NCBI GenBank assembly: GCA_965261005.1
Contig: OZ253375.1
Location: forward strand, 2,112,001 to 2,176,000
Source of the DNA: Deinococcus sp.
GTDB lineage: Bacteria; Deinococcota; Deinococci; Deinococcales; Deinococcaceae
Length of the DNA: 64,000 nucleotides
Reading direction: 5' to 3'
Positions 52,678-64,000 of this stretch are shown here, in pieces. Each line of letters starts with the position of its first letter. The first letter of the stretch is position 1. The notes beneath the pieces are model-generated. The model made no database searches, was not told the DNA's origin, and saw only the letters and a program-made list of their open reading frames with translations. Made by a program: the position numbers and the translations under genes.

Positions 52678-55600
52678 CTACACCCTCTGCGCCGCCCGCA
52701 GTTCCTTGCGCTCGCGCTTTTGGGCGTACATGCGCTCGTCGGCGACGCGCAGCAGCTCGCTGGGCGCGCTCACGTCGGTCGGGTACGAGGCCGAGCCGGC
52801 GCTGGCGTCCACCCGTTCAAAGCCGGCCTCGCGGGTGAGCCGCACCGCCTCGCGCACCCGGCCCTCCAAGCCCTCGCGCACCGCCAGCCCCGCCGAGTTC
52901 GCGTGCGCGCTGAGGACCGCGTACTCGTCGCCGCCCAGGCGGAACACCTGGTCCTCGCGCCGCAGGACCGCGCGCAGGTTGGCCGCGAAGGTCGCGATCA
53001 GGGCGTCGCCGCGTTCGTGGCCCTCGCGGTCATTCACCGCCTTGAGGCCGTCGAGGTCAATCACCAGCACGCTGTGGGGGCCGGCGCGCAACTGCTCCAG
53101 CGCCAGGTCAAAGGCGCGCCGGTTCGCCAGGCCGGTCAGCTTGTCGCCCAGCGCCGCCGCCTCCAAAGCGTGCAAGTGTTCGCGGCGCAGGGTGGCGATG
53201 TTCACGCTGCGCGCCGCCGCCCCGATCAGCGCCTTGTCGCGCTCCGTCCAGGGCGCCTTGTACAGGCGCATCCCGCTGAACAGGTAGGAAGCGCCCTCAA
53301 AGCTGACCAGCGGTACCCAGGCGCCCGCGCGCACGCCTTCTTGCAACAGCGTCGGGTGGGCCGTCACCTGCGCGGGGTAGTCGTCCACGTACAGCGCCTC
53401 GCCGCGCTCCAGGGCCGACCACAAGAGTCCCTGGCCGCGCCGAAAACCGGCCGCGACCTGCGCGTGCAGGGCCGCGCTCACGGCCGGCGAACTCCAGGCC
53501 GTGAACATGTCGGCGTGGTCGCCGCGCACCACCGCCAAGCCGCCCCAGTCCATGCCGGCACAGCGCGCCACGATCTGACTCGCCCTCAGCGCCACCTCCT
53601 CGGGCGTCAAGTCGCCTTCGGTCAGTTGGGACACGGCCGATAGGGCCGTGGCGTGTTCGGCGGCGTGGCGCAGTTCTTCCCCGAGGGCCACGCGCGCCCA
53701 CGCGCCGCACACGGCCCGCGCGGCGGCCTCCAGCACGGTGCGCTGCTCGGGCGACCACGAAGGCGCGGCGCCCGGTTCGCGCGCCGCCACCAACCAGGTG
53801 GGCGCGCGCCCGGGCTTGTCGGGCAAGGGCACGTAGGCCACGCTTCCCAAGTCGCGCCCGCCTACGCTCAGGTAGCTGGGCGTGTTCACCGCGCCCCACG
53901 GCGGATTCAGGGCCTTGAGAACGGCGTCCCAAGGGGCCTCGCCGTGACGCGCGACCACCGTGATTTCGCCCGCCTGCCACTGAACCAGGGCCAGCCACGG
54001 AATTGACAGCGCCCCCGACAGCAGCTCGAAGGCGCCCCGCGCCACGTCCCCCGAGGTATGCGCGCCCTCCAAGCGGCGCGACAAGTCGGCCAGCGTTTCG
54101 GCGGCCCTGCGGGCGGTTTCGGCCTGCTGCGCGATCAGGGCCATCTCGCTGGCCTGCGCTTCCAGGTTCCGGCGCGCCCGCGCGAGGTCGCTCACGTCCT
54201 GCACGATCACGGTGCCGCAGCGCGCCGCGCTCGCGCCACCTTGGCCCGCCGGAAAGGTGTGAATCAGGTAGCTGCGGCCGAAAAAGGTGAGTTCGCGCGT
54301 CGAAGACTCGCCGTCCAGCGCGGCGAGGTGGTCGGGCGCGATGATTTCGGCAACCTCGGGCGCAAAGATTTCGTAGACCGTGCGGCCCTCCATGCGCTCA
54401 CGGGTCAAGCCGGCGGCGGCCAGGCCCGCGCCGTCGGCGAGCAGGTAGCGCAGTTCCTCGTTGAACAGGACCACCGCGCCCTGCGGAAAGTTGGCGGCGA
54501 GGGTGCGGTAGCGCGCCTCGCGTTCGCGCAATTCGCGTTCGGTTGCCATCCGCTCGGTCAGGTCGGTGATCACGGCCAGCGCGCCGGGAAAGCCGGTTTC
54601 GCGCTGAAACGGCGCCGCCGTGACCAGCGCGGGCACGCGCTCGCCATCCGCGCGCACGAAGTCCATCTGTTCGTGGGCGGTGGCCGGCGCCGCTTGCTGG
54701 CGCGCGACGGCGGCGTGGGCGTCCGGACTTGTCACGTCGCGGGGCGTCAGGCCGATCAGTTCGGCGGGCGGACGTCCCAGCAAGCGGGCAAAGGCCAGGT
54801 TGACGTAGGTGTAGCGCGCCTCGTGGTCGGTCAGCGCCAGCCCCTCGCCCATGTGATCGAGCACCGAGCGCGCGAAGTCGCGTTCGGCGCGCAATTCGCG
54901 CTCCAGCTTTTTGCGCGCGCTGATGTCGCGCATGACCGCGACCGCGCCCAGCTGCTCGCCGCGCTCGCCGCGCACCGGGCTGGCGTTGGCCAACAGAAAG
55001 CGCGTGCCCGCGCCGGGCGGCGCCACGCTCAACTCCTCGGCGCGTACCATCTCGCCGTGCAGGGCGCGGTAAAGGGGCATCTCCTGAAACGGCATGGGCG
55101 TCACGCCGTCGGGACGGTACAGGTGGAACACGTCGGCCCACTCCTCGGGCCTCAGGTTCTCGGCCGGCGGGCCGCTGCCGTTCGCGCCGCGAAACAGCAC
55201 CAAGCGCCCTTGCGGGTCACACACCGCCAACCCCTCGGACAAGCTGCCCAGCACGGCGCTCAGAAAGCTGCGCTGCTCCTCCAGCTCTCCCAGCAAGCGC
55301 GCGCCTCTTCGCTCGGCGGGCCGGAACAGCCACAGCCCGGTGGCGAGCAAGGCGAGCAGCGTGGTGAACAGGCCCAGCGCGTCGAGGTCGTGCGCCCGGC
55401 GCAGCAAGGCCGCGCTTTGCGCCTCGGTCAGCTTGGCGGCCATGTCCAGGCGCGGCAGCAGCGTCTCGCTTTCCGCGAGCAGCGCCCCAAGGGCGTCGGG
55501 TGAGAACGGCGCGCCCGCACTGGCGATAGCCTGAACACCCCTCAGGTAGCGCGACACCTGGGCGTTCAGCGGGTCCGGGCTGTCCAGGTACAAGGCCCTG

Positions 55601-55950
55601 AGCGCCGGCGAAAGCGCGACGCCGCGCCGCAGGCTGGAGGCGGGGTCGCTCAGGTCCGCTTGGGCGCGGCGCATCTCTGAGGCGGCTCCCAGCAACGCCG
55701 CACGTTTTTGTTCCTGGGTCATCAGGGTGACCGTGGTTAGCTGCTGGGCCAAGCTAACCACGCGCTGAGACAGCATGCGCTGGCGCCCGGCCACGTTCAT
55801 GATGGCGGCGTCGTGCGCGCGCGCGGTGATGGCGTGGTCGAGGTTCAGGTAACCGCCCAGGCGCAGCGCGGCCAAGAGCAGCAGCGCCAACACGTAGGCG
55901 GAGCGAAACGACGGGTGACCCGCGCCGCGCAGGAAGCTGGAAAGCGGCAT
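52678..55950 (-). CDS. Diguanylate cyclase: PilJ/NarX-like sensor, 3 PAS, 2 GAF, GGDEF
   Basis: NVAGRQRMLSQR, PAS/PAC DIS/DLT/DVS motifs, DKLTGLANRR, RLGGDEY. Confidence 0.9.
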   Translation of the reverse strand: MPLSSFLRGAGHPSFRSAYVLALLLLAALRLGGYLNLDHAITARAHDAAIMNVAGRQRMLSQRVVSLAQQLTTVTLMTQEQKRAALLGAASEMRRAQADLSDPASSLRRGVALSPALRALYLDSPDPLNAQVSRYLRGVQAIASAGAPFSPDALGALLAESETLLPRLDMAAKLTEAQSAALLRRAHDLDALGLFTTLLALLATGLWLFRPAERRGARLLGELEEQRSFLSAVLGSLSEGLAVCDPQGRLVLFRGANGSGPPAENLRPEEWADVFHLYRPDGVTPMPFQEMPLYRALHGEMVRAEELSVAPPGAGTRFLLANASPVRGERGEQLGAVAVMRDISARKKLERELRAERDFARSVLDHMGEGLALTDHEARYTYVNLAFARLLGRPPAELIGLTPRDVTSPDAHAAVARQQAAPATAHEQMDFVRADGERVPALVTAAPFQRETGFPGALAVITDLTERMATERELREREARYRTLAANFPQGAVVLFNEELRYLLADGAGLAAAGLTRERMEGRTVYEIFAPEVAEIIAPDHLAALDGESSTRELTFFGRSYLIHTFPAGQGGASAARCGTVIVQDVSDLARARRNLEAQASEMALIAQQAETARRAAETLADLSRRLEGAHTSGDVARGAFELLSGALSIPWLALVQWQAGEITVVARHGEAPWDAVLKALNPPWGAVNTPSYLSVGGRDLGSVAYVPLPDKPGRAPTWLVAAREPGAAPSWSPEQRTVLEAAARAVCGAWARVALGEELRHAAEHATALSAVSQLTEGDLTPEEVALRASQIVARCAGMDWGGLAVVRGDHADMFTAWSSPAVSAALHAQVAAGFRRGQGLLWSALERGEALYVDDYPAQVTAHPTLLQEGVRAGAWVPLVSFEGASYLFSGMRLYKAPWTERDKALIGAAARSVNIATLRREHLHALEAAALGDKLTGLANRRAFDLALEQLRAGPHSVLVIDLDGLKAVNDREGHERGDALIATFAANLRAVLRREDQVFRLGGDEYAVLSAHANSAGLAVREGLEGRVREAVRLTREAGFERVDASAGSASYPTDVSAPSELLRVADERMYAQKRERKELRAAQRV

Positions 55951-56115
55951 GCCCGTACAGTAAAGTCGCCGGTCTTACAGCTTTCTTATTGGTCTCTGCG
56001 TAAGTACACCGTTAACCAAGATTTGCACCACATAAGCAAGCTCTTCCTGAATCTTTGCGCCCCGCCCCGCCCGAGAGCTGGGGGTGAAGGGTCCCACCAG
56101 TAAGCTCGAAGAACA

Positions 56116-56338
56116 CCTGGGCGAACTCGGCACTGAAGTTGATGCACCAGGTGCGGATGGACTCGTGGGTGACCGTGATTCCACGCTCAAAGAGCAATTC
56201 CTCGACATCTCGGTAGCTCAGGGTGAAGCGGTGATAGAGCCAAACGGCATACCCGATCACGGCGAGAGGAAATCGGTAGCCCGGAAGTTTCTGATCACTC
56301 AGCACCGTGTCACCCTACCCCATCAACTTGCCAGAACC
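56116..56338 (-). mobile_element. Truncated IS6-family fragment
   Basis: Terminal GGTTCTGGCAAGTT; YRFP..VI.YAVWLY.RF.LSYRDVEELL.ERG. Confidence 0.88.
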
Positions 56339-56363
56339 GTCTCTGCTCCTCCGATGTCTTATT

Positions 56364-56400
56364 ATAGCGTCTTGCTATTTATATAGCATTATGCTATGAT
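56364..56400 (+). promoter_or_regulatory. higBA promoter with two palindromic operators
   Basis: TTGCTA-17-TATGAT; ATAGC-N5-GCTAT at 56364-56378 and 56383-56397. Confidence 0.75.
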
Positions 56401-56405
56401 TGGTC

Positions 56406-56717
56406 ATGCGCGTCCTCACCCGCCCAACCCTCACTGCATTCTGGTCCAAGGATCAAAAGGCCCAGAAGCCGCTGGAGGACTGGTACAACGCGCTCCTGAA
56501 AGGCACTTTCCCCGACTTTGTCAGTCTCAAGGGAAGTTTTGACAGTGTAGACCGGGTTTTGGACCCTCACGACCCGCTCGCCTGGCACATCTTCGACGTG
56601 GGCGGAAACAAGTACCGCGTGGTTACGAAGATCAGCTACACCGGGCAGATCGCGTGGATCAAGTACGTGTTCACGCACAAGGAATACGACCGCTGGAATA
56701 AGCAGGGGCGACCCTGA
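56406..56717 (+). CDS. higB: HigB-family toxin
   Basis: MRV...FW...LEDWY...FDVGGNKYRVV...THKEYD. Confidence 0.9.
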   Translation: MRVLTRPTLTAFWSKDQKAQKPLEDWYNALLKGTFPDFVSLKGSFDSVDRVLDPHDPLAWHIFDVGGNKYRVVTKISYTGQIAWIKYVFTHKEYDRWNKQGRP

Positions 56718-56730
56718 GATGGAGAGAGAC

Positions 56731-57150
56731 ATGACGACCACTGTAGATTTTGAAGAGACCGTACACCTCTGGCAGCGCCTCGACGAGGTAGCGCACCCGC
56801 TGCTCGTCCCACTGGAGACGAAAGCACAATACGAGGCCACGCTGCGCTTCAGCGAGCAACTCGGCAGCGTGGTGGGCGAGAACGCGGACAGCCCGCTCCT
56901 GCCACTCCTGAATCTCGTCGTGGACCGCATCGTGGCCTACGAGGATAGGCACTACCCTATTCCTGACACGGCCCCGCACGAGATGCTGGAATTTTTTATG
57001 GGCCAGCATGGCCTCAAACAAAAGGACCTCGCGGACATCGCGCCTCAGAGCGTCGTGAGCGAACTCCTGAGCGGCAAGCGCAAGATCAATGCGCGGATTG
57101 CCAAGGCTCTCGGGGAACGCTTCAAGGTCAGCCCGGTAATGTTCCTGTAA
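56731..57150 (+). CDS. higA: HigA-family antitoxin
   Basis: YE..H, MGQHGLKQKDL...QSVVSELLSGKRKIN. Confidence 0.9.
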   Translation: MTTTVDFEETVHLWQRLDEVAHPLLVPLETKAQYEATLRFSEQLGSVVGENADSPLLPLLNLVVDRIVAYEDRHYPIPDTAPHEMLEFFMGQHGLKQKDLADIAPQSVVSELLSGKRKINARIAKALGERFKVSPVMFL

Positions 57151-57186
57151 GCCGATCTGTCCGCAAATCACCCGTCTCTGGCAGGC

Positions 57187-57744
57187 GGTTCTGGCAAGTT
57201 GTCGAAGGCTGGGCACAGCTGAGGAGGAGTCAGCGCAGGTGGCCTGAAGGTCAGGCCACCTGCTGCACGACAACGTTCCAGGTCTGGAGGGCTTGCCGAA
57301 GTTTTTGGCGTCGATGGTGCGCGGGAACGGTGCTGCGGGCGGGGTGGTGAAGGAGAACCGCTTAACGGCTTCGGTGTCGCGGCGTTCCTGTAGGAGAACG
57401 TCGAGAACCTGATCATGTTCATCCACGGCCCGCCAGAGCCAGTGTTTAACTCCACCGACCTTGACTTGCACCTCGTCGAGATGCCATTGGGAGCCTCGTC
57501 GGGGTTCCTGATGGCGGAGACCCTGGGCGAACTCGGCACTGAAGTTGATGTACCAGGTGCGGATGGACTCGTGGGTGACCGTGATTCCACGCTCAAAGAG
57601 CAATTCCTCGACATCTCGGTAGCTCAGGGTGAAGCGGTGACAGAGCCAAACGGCATACCCGATCACGGCGAGAGGAAATCGGTAGCCCGGAAGTTTCTGA
57701 TCACTCAGCACCGTGTCACCCTACCCCATCAACTTGCCAGAACC
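57187..57744 (-). mobile_element. Internally deleted IS6-family element
   Basis: Both 14-bp IRs present; WHLDE...WLWRAVD then loss of similarity. Confidence 0.88.
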
Positions 57745-57769
57745 AGCTAGGGGTCGGTGAACGGTGGAA

Positions 57770-58306
57770 TCACAGTTTCAGCATGGCCGCGTAGACCCGC
57801 GCGGTCGCGCGGGCGTCCTCCAGGGCGTCGTGGGCCTGAAACTCGACGCCGAAGTGGGCGGCGAGGCTGCCCAAGCTGGTGTCCAGGGTTTTCGGCAGCG
57901 TACCCTTGTGAATCAAAAATTGCGCGGCCACCTTGGTGTCGGCCACGCCGCCCAGCATCAGCTCGTGGTAGTCGGGCAGCAGCGTCATCAGAAAGCGCAC
58001 GTCGAACTGGACGTTGTGCCCGCCCAGCATCACCCGCTTTTTGCGCTTGAATTGCAGGTAAGCGCGCAGCTCGCTGGCGGCCACCTCCTTTTCCCGCGCG
58101 TGTTCGTGGTGGACGGTCAGCTCGATGCCGTTGACCTTGAGCGCCGCCGCCTCCACCCGGTAGGGAGAATCGCGCACCCGGATCAGCTCCGGGCGCGTCA
58201 CCTCGCCCGTCTTGGTATCGAGCGTGATGAGGCCGACGGTCAGCAGCGAGTGGCGCCCGGGGTCGGTGCCGCCGGTCTCGGTGTCCACAAAGATCAGGGA
58301 AGCCAT
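57770..58306 (-). CDS. DEDDh 3'-5' exonuclease
   Basis: [21 protein letters not shown]. Confidence 0.9.
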   Translation of the reverse strand: MASLIFVDTETGGTDPGRHSLLTVGLITLDTKTGEVTRPELIRVRDSPYRVEAAALKVNGIELTVHHEHAREKEVAASELRAYLQFKRKKRVMLGGHNVQFDVRFLMTLLPDYHELMLGGVADTKVAAQFLIHKGTLPKTLDTSLGSLAAHFGVEFQAHDALEDARATARVYAAMLKL

Positions 58307-58339
58307 GCACCATTGTGCGCCCCCGCTATACTTCCCGCC

Positions 58340-59760
<1,421 letters not shown>

Positions 59761-59764
<4 letters not shown>

Positions 59765-60396
59765 GGTTTGCCCCTGCCCTCGCCGCGCGCTTGGCCCTTT
59801 TGGCCGTACCTGTTTTGATCGCCCTAAGCCTGCTGTACGCCGCCGCCTCGCTGTGGCAGGACGGCCTGAACTTTTTCGCGGTGTGGGGTACCATCGCCGC
59901 GCTGTTGACGGCGGCGCTGCTGTGGTTTCAGCTGACCCTCTTGCGCGCGCTGTTTTCGGGGCGGGGCGTCGGCGAGCAGAGTTCGGCGTTGCGCGCCTAC
60001 CGCGCCCTGTTTCCCTGGGTGCTGGGCGTCAGCGGCGCGCAACTCGCGCTGTACCTGCTGGCCTTTGTGCTCTTGAGCGCGCCGGAGGGGGCGCCCAACC
60101 CGATTGCCGCGCTGCTGTTCGCGGTCGGCTGGGGCGCCTCGCTGTACGCTTCGTACTTCGTCTACGTCACCCTGGCGCGAACCGCGCTTTCGCCGGGGGA
60201 CGCCGGGCGGCGCGCCGCGCTGCGCGAGTGGCTGTGGCGCAGCCTGATCGCGGGGGCGGTGTTCTACGCCATGAACGTGCAAACAACCTTTCAGGGCGGC
60301 TGGACCTGGCCCCACATGTTGCCCAACCTGCTGTACGTGTTCGTCGCGCTGCTCGACTTGGCCGTGACCGCCCTGACGCTTCAGGCCGTGCGTTAG
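59761..60396 (+). CDS. Hypothetical membrane protein
   Basis: About 6 TMs; GTGA overlap with gatB. Confidence 0.7.
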
Positions 60397-60446
60397 AGTG
60401 GGGCCGGCTTTTTAGAACATTTTCTAGAAGTCTCAGGAGGCTCACT

Positions 60447-61367
60447 ATGCTCGTCACCGGATCAGAAGTGTTGGTGCCCGCCCGCGCGGGCGGCTACGGC
60501 GTCGGCTCGTTCAACACCAACGACATGGAGATCACCCAGGCCATCGTCCACACCGCCGAGCAGCTCCAGAGTCCGGTGATGGTGCAGATTTCCGAGGGCG
60601 CCCTCAAGTACGGCGGCAAGGACCTGGTGAACTTGACCCTGGACGTGGCGGGGCGCGCCCGCGTGCCGGTCGCCCTGCACCTCGACCACGGCTCCAGTTA
60701 CGAGAGCGCCCTCAGCGCCATTCGCCTCGGCTTTACCAGCGTCATGATCGACGCCAGCCACCATCCCTTCGAGGAGAACGCCCGCGAAACGCGCCGGGTG
60801 GTGGAGGCCGCGCACGCGATGGGCGTGACGGTCGAGGCCGAGATCGGGCGCCTGGGCGGCATCGAGGAGCACATCGTCGTGTCCGAGGAGGACGCCTTCC
60901 TCACCAACCCCGAGGAGGCCCAGCGCTTCGTGGAGGCGACCGGCTGCGACTATCTGGCCGTCGCCATCGGCACCTCGCACGGCGCCTACAAAGGGAAGGG
61001 CCGCCCCTTTATCGACCAGGCGCGCATCGAGCGGGTGAGCAAGCTGCTCTCCATTCCCTTGGTCGCGCACGGATCGAGCGGGGTGCCGGAGAGCGTCGTG
61101 GCCCGGCTGCGCGCGGCGGGCGGCCAGATCGGCGAGGCGCAGGGCATCGCCGACGACGATCTGCGCGAGGCCGTCCGGCACGGCGTCTCCAAGGTGAACG
61201 TGGACACCGACTTGCGCCTGGCCATGACGGTCGGCATCCGCGAGGCCCTGCAAAAAAATCCCCAGGAATTCGACCCGCGCAAGATTTTGGGGCCGGCGCG
61301 CGACCTGATGGGCGAGATCGTGCGGCTGAAAGTGGGGGTGCTTGGCTCGGTCGGCAAGGCGGGCTGA
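60447..61367 (+). CDS. fba: Class II fructose-bisphosphate aldolase
   Basis: LHLDHG, VMIDAS, GTSHGAYK, KVNVDTD. Confidence 0.95.
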   Translation: MLVTGSEVLVPARAGGYGVGSFNTNDMEITQAIVHTAEQLQSPVMVQISEGALKYGGKDLVNLTLDVAGRARVPVALHLDHGSSYESALSAIRLGFTSVMIDASHHPFEENARETRRVVEAAHAMGVTVEAEIGRLGGIEEHIVVSEEDAFLTNPEEAQRFVEATGCDYLAVAIGTSHGAYKGKGRPFIDQARIERVSKLLSIPLVAHGSSGVPESVVARLRAAGGQIGEAQGIADDDLREAVRHGVSKVNVDTDLRLAMTVGIREALQKNPQEFDPRKILGPARDLMGEIVRLKVGVLGSVGKAG

Positions 61368-61453
61368 ACACGGTTCGGGCGTCATATGACGGGCGGGTGA
61401 GAGCGGCGCGCCCGCTTTTCTCACCCGCCGTGGGTATGCTCTGACTCGCCACG

Positions 61454-62173
61454 ATGACCCTTTCCCTCCGCTCTTTCCGCGTGCTGTTTGGCGCCGCCGT
61501 ATTGAGCGTGGCCCTCGCCCAAAGCGACCTGAGGTCGCGCCTCACGGCCATGCTGCCCAACAGCAGCCCGCAGAGCGTCGAGCTGCTGGAGTGGCAGGCC
61601 AACGACGAGATCGTCGCCATTCGCGACCGCATCTTGCAGGCCCAGCGCGCCGATCCGCGCTGGTTTCGCGCCTACGAGGACGCCCACGCGGGCGAGGACG
61701 TGCTGCCGTGGCACCCCAAGTTTGGCGTGACGCCGGGCGACTACCAAAAGTACCTGAGCGCCGACCGGGGCAGCTTTGTCAAGACCGGCCGGGTGACCAA
61801 CCTGCTGCTCGACAAGCTGGGCAACAAGATCATCTTTCGCGGCGGTAGCGGCATCGAGGCGTTGCGCGGGTTGCTGCTCGACGTGGTCAGCGGCGAACTG
61901 CAACTGCCCGAGGGCTTCAAGGCCATGCCGGAGCCGGTCAGCGTGAACGTCCGCAGCGCCGGCCTCGCCCCGCGCAGGGGGTACGCTTGGCACATGGAGG
62001 GGGCCGACACGACCAACAAGCTGGTGCTGCGCGCCCAATTGTCGCTGCTGCGCTTCGACGACGGCTCGGTGCTGCTGAGCTACAACCGGGTCAGCGCTAA
62101 AAACGGCAAGCGGCTGCCCAGCGTGGACGTGAACGTGCTCTACGACAAAAAGGCGGAGGTGTCCAAGCGGTGA
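61454..62173 (+). CDS. Secreted hypothetical protein
   Basis: Signal peptide ALA-Q; typical codon usage. Confidence 0.75.
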   Translation: MTLSLRSFRVLFGAAVLSVALAQSDLRSRLTAMLPNSSPQSVELLEWQANDEIVAIRDRILQAQRADPRWFRAYEDAHAGEDVLPWHPKFGVTPGDYQKYLSADRGSFVKTGRVTNLLLDKLGNKIIFRGGSGIEALRGLLLDVVSGELQLPEGFKAMPEPVSVNVRSAGLAPRRGYAWHMEGADTTNKLVLRAQLSLLRFDDGSVLLSYNRVSAKNGKRLPSVDVNVLYDKKAEVSKR

Positions 62174-62415
62174 TCTCTTGGCGCGATGTGGAGGCGCGCC
62201 TCGGCCTGGACGCCCTGCCCGGCTTTCACCGCGACTTTTTGGCGTGGCGCGGGGTGGAGGGCGCCGCCGACATGCCACTGCGGCGCGTGCAGCAGCGGGT
62301 CGAAAGCGAGCTGAACCGCCTGGTGCAGGCGGGTCAGGCCGAGCGGCAAGCGGGCGACTGGCTGCTCGCTGACGGCGCCTTGGCGGGATTCACGGCGGCG
62401 CAGCCTTATCTCTGA
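62170..62415 (+). CDS. Small hypothetical protein
   Basis: GTGA overlap with upstream gene. Confidence 0.6.
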   Translation: MISWRDVEARLGLDALPGFHRDFLAWRGVEGAADMPLRRVQQRVESELNRLVQAGQAERQAGDWLLADGALAGFTAAQPYL

Positions 62416-63830
62416 TTCCTATTCCTGAACTCTGGCCGGGCCAGCAGCAGGGCGCCGGCGCCCCAGCAGCCGCCCAGCAGCCACAGCACAAAGGCGAGCG
62501 GCGGGACGCTCAGGGCGGCGGCAAAGGCGCTCAGGCCGATCAAGGCGCCCAGCGTGTCCGGCAGCGGCAGGCGCAAGGTGCGGCTGATGGCCCGTCCGGC
62601 GTCGTACAAGCTGACGGTCAGCCCGACGCTGAGGGCCAGCAGGGCCAGCACGGCGCCCACAAAGGCGGGCACCAGAAAACCGCTCAGGGCGCCCAGCGCC
62701 AGGGGCGGCGCGAGGAGGCCGAAGACCAGGATGCCCAGCGCCAAGGTTTGCAGCGGCGCCCGGCGCTGCCGCCGGGCCAGCAGCGGCGCCGCGCCGCCCA
62801 CGAAGAGGAGCAGCGTGAGGGCGCCCAGCGCCGCCACGTAGACGCGCGCCCACGCCGCCCCGCCGAGCCAGGCCAGCAGCGGCTGAAACGCGCTGGCGGT
62901 GCCCAAGGCGGGGAGGGGCTGGGTCGTCTGGAAGCGAGCCGTGCCCGGGCCATGCACCTCGCCGAGCAGGGCGCTTTGGCGGCCCGCCACCCGCGCGCCT
63001 TTTTCCGCGTCCACGTCGCCCAGAAAGGCGATTACCTGTCCCCCCACCCGCGCGCCGGGGCGCAGCTCCACGTTGCCGCCCAGGGCGACCACGTTGCCGC
63101 TGACGGGGCGGTCCACAATCACGTCGCCGCCCAGCCGCACCAGGTCGCCGCCGGCGTTGCCGTCGAACAAGCTCCACAGCGAGGGCACCATCAAACCGAG
63201 GGCCAGCGCAAAGGCGAGCGACGCCGAGCGCTGCACCTGCGCGCTGGGGCGCCACGTCACCAGCGCGCAGGACACCAGCAGCAGCGCGAAGCCGACGAAC
63301 ACGGTGGGCGACAGCTGCGACAACAGGCCGCGCAACACGGCGCTGCCGGTCGCCAGGTTGGGCCAAGCGAAGGAGGCGGTCAGAACCGCAAAGGCGACCA
63401 CCAAACCGGCGGCCAGCAGCGCCGGGGCCGGATTGTGGCGGGCCTCACGGCTTATGCGCGCGCCGACGAGGCCGGCCACGCTGTGGGGCAGACCTGCTTG
63501 CGGCAAGGCGCGCAACAAGCCGCCCAGCGCGCTCTCCCCCGCATCCTGGGCCACCCGCGCCGCCACCCGCGCGGCCACGCTGGGGGCGGGCGGGACGGGG
63601 GCAGCTTGCAAGTGCTGCGAGATGGCGATGTCGCGGACCACCTCGCGCGCGAGGCCAGCTGGGGGCGCCTCTCTGGGCAAACGGCCCAGCAGCGCCTGGG
63701 CGCGGCGGAGGCGTTCGAACTCGATTCGGCGTGCGGCGTCCTTGAGGGCCGCGTCCAGCTCGGCGCGCTTTTCGGGCGCCAGCTCGCCGTCAAGGGCCGC
63801 GCGCAGCAAGTCGGGCCAGGGCGTGCTCAC
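62406..63830 (-). CDS. Putative anti-sigma membrane protein with polymer-forming (bactofilin-like) beta-helix
   Basis: LDGEL N-terminus; GDLVRLGG/GNVVALGG/GQVIAFLG repeats; many TMs; follows ECF sigma. Confidence 0.75.
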   Translation of the reverse strand: MSTPWPDLLRAALDGELAPEKRAELDAALKDAARRIEFERLRRAQALLGRLPREAPPAGLAREVVRDIAISQHLQAAPVPPAPSVAARVAARVAQDAGESALGGLLRALPQAGLPHSVAGLVGARISREARHNPAPALLAAGLVVAFAVLTASFAWPNLATGSAVLRGLLSQLSPTVFVGFALLLVSCALVTWRPSAQVQRSASLAFALALGLMVPSLWSLFDGNAGGDLVRLGGDVIVDRPVSGNVVALGGNVELRPGARVGGQVIAFLGDVDAEKGARVAGRQSALLGEVHGPGTARFQTTQPLPALGTASAFQPLLAWLGGAAWARVYVAALGALTLLLFVGGAAPLLARRQRRAPLQTLALGILVFGLLAPPLALGALSGFLVPAFVGAVLALLALSVGLTVSLYDAGRAISRTLRLPLPDTLGALIGLSAFAAALSVPPLAFVLWLLGGCWGAGALLLARPEFRNRNQR

Positions 63831-63847
63831 CGGGATTCACCTCCTCT

Positions 63848-63887
63848 CTCTCCCTCGCCCCTTGCGGGAGAGGGCCGGGGTGAGGGG
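63848..63887. repeat. REP-like palindromic repeat
   Basis: Similar to 25294-25335. Confidence 0.75.
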
Positions 63888-63896
63888 TAGTGTTGG

Positions 63897-64000
63897 TCAG
63901 TCCACATCCACAACCCCCGCGAGCTGCTGGGAAAGCAGTTCCTTGGCGCGAAAGACCCGGCTCTTGGCCGTGCCGAGGGCCACGCCGGTCAGGCGCGCGA
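63897..64000 (-). CDS. ECF sigma factor, C-terminal part (runs off window)
   Basis: Manual translation ARLTGVALGTAKSRVFRAKELL (region 4). Confidence 0.85.
   Translation of the reverse strand, partial: ARLTGVALGTAKSRVFRAKELLSQQLAGVVDVD

Noticed and set aside
56671..57711. 346-aa ORF as a full IS6 transposase
   Set aside because: Similarity ends after ~120 aa; the rest is read-through antisense to higA

Overview
GC-rich bacterial chromosomal segment, very likely Deinococcus (inferred from pervasive leaderless TANNNT promoters, Deinococcus-type small repeats and gene content). It holds about 60 CDS. Housekeeping genes: surE, purEK, lepA, pfkA, rsmI, rlmH, gatB, fba, mltG. Other systems: a cobalamin riboswitch with a btuFCD-ferredoxin operon, an ASL-superfamily lyase plus carbohydrate-type ABC cluster, two ECF sigma/anti-sigma modules and two toxin-antitoxin pairs. 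Mobile DNA: complete IS5- and IS4-family elements, IS6 relics flanking higBA, and a dmpA-like pseudogene. The most striking unexplained structure is a modular ~134-bp non-coding repeat family. Its hairpins differ in sequence but stay paired, it sits at stop/start codons, it once regenerates a start codon behind a coupled upstream ORF, and its core also occurs between the ends of the resident IS5. A second signal is a window-wide recurrence of 15-bp tandem duplications. All calls come from reading the sequence by eye; no database searches were run.
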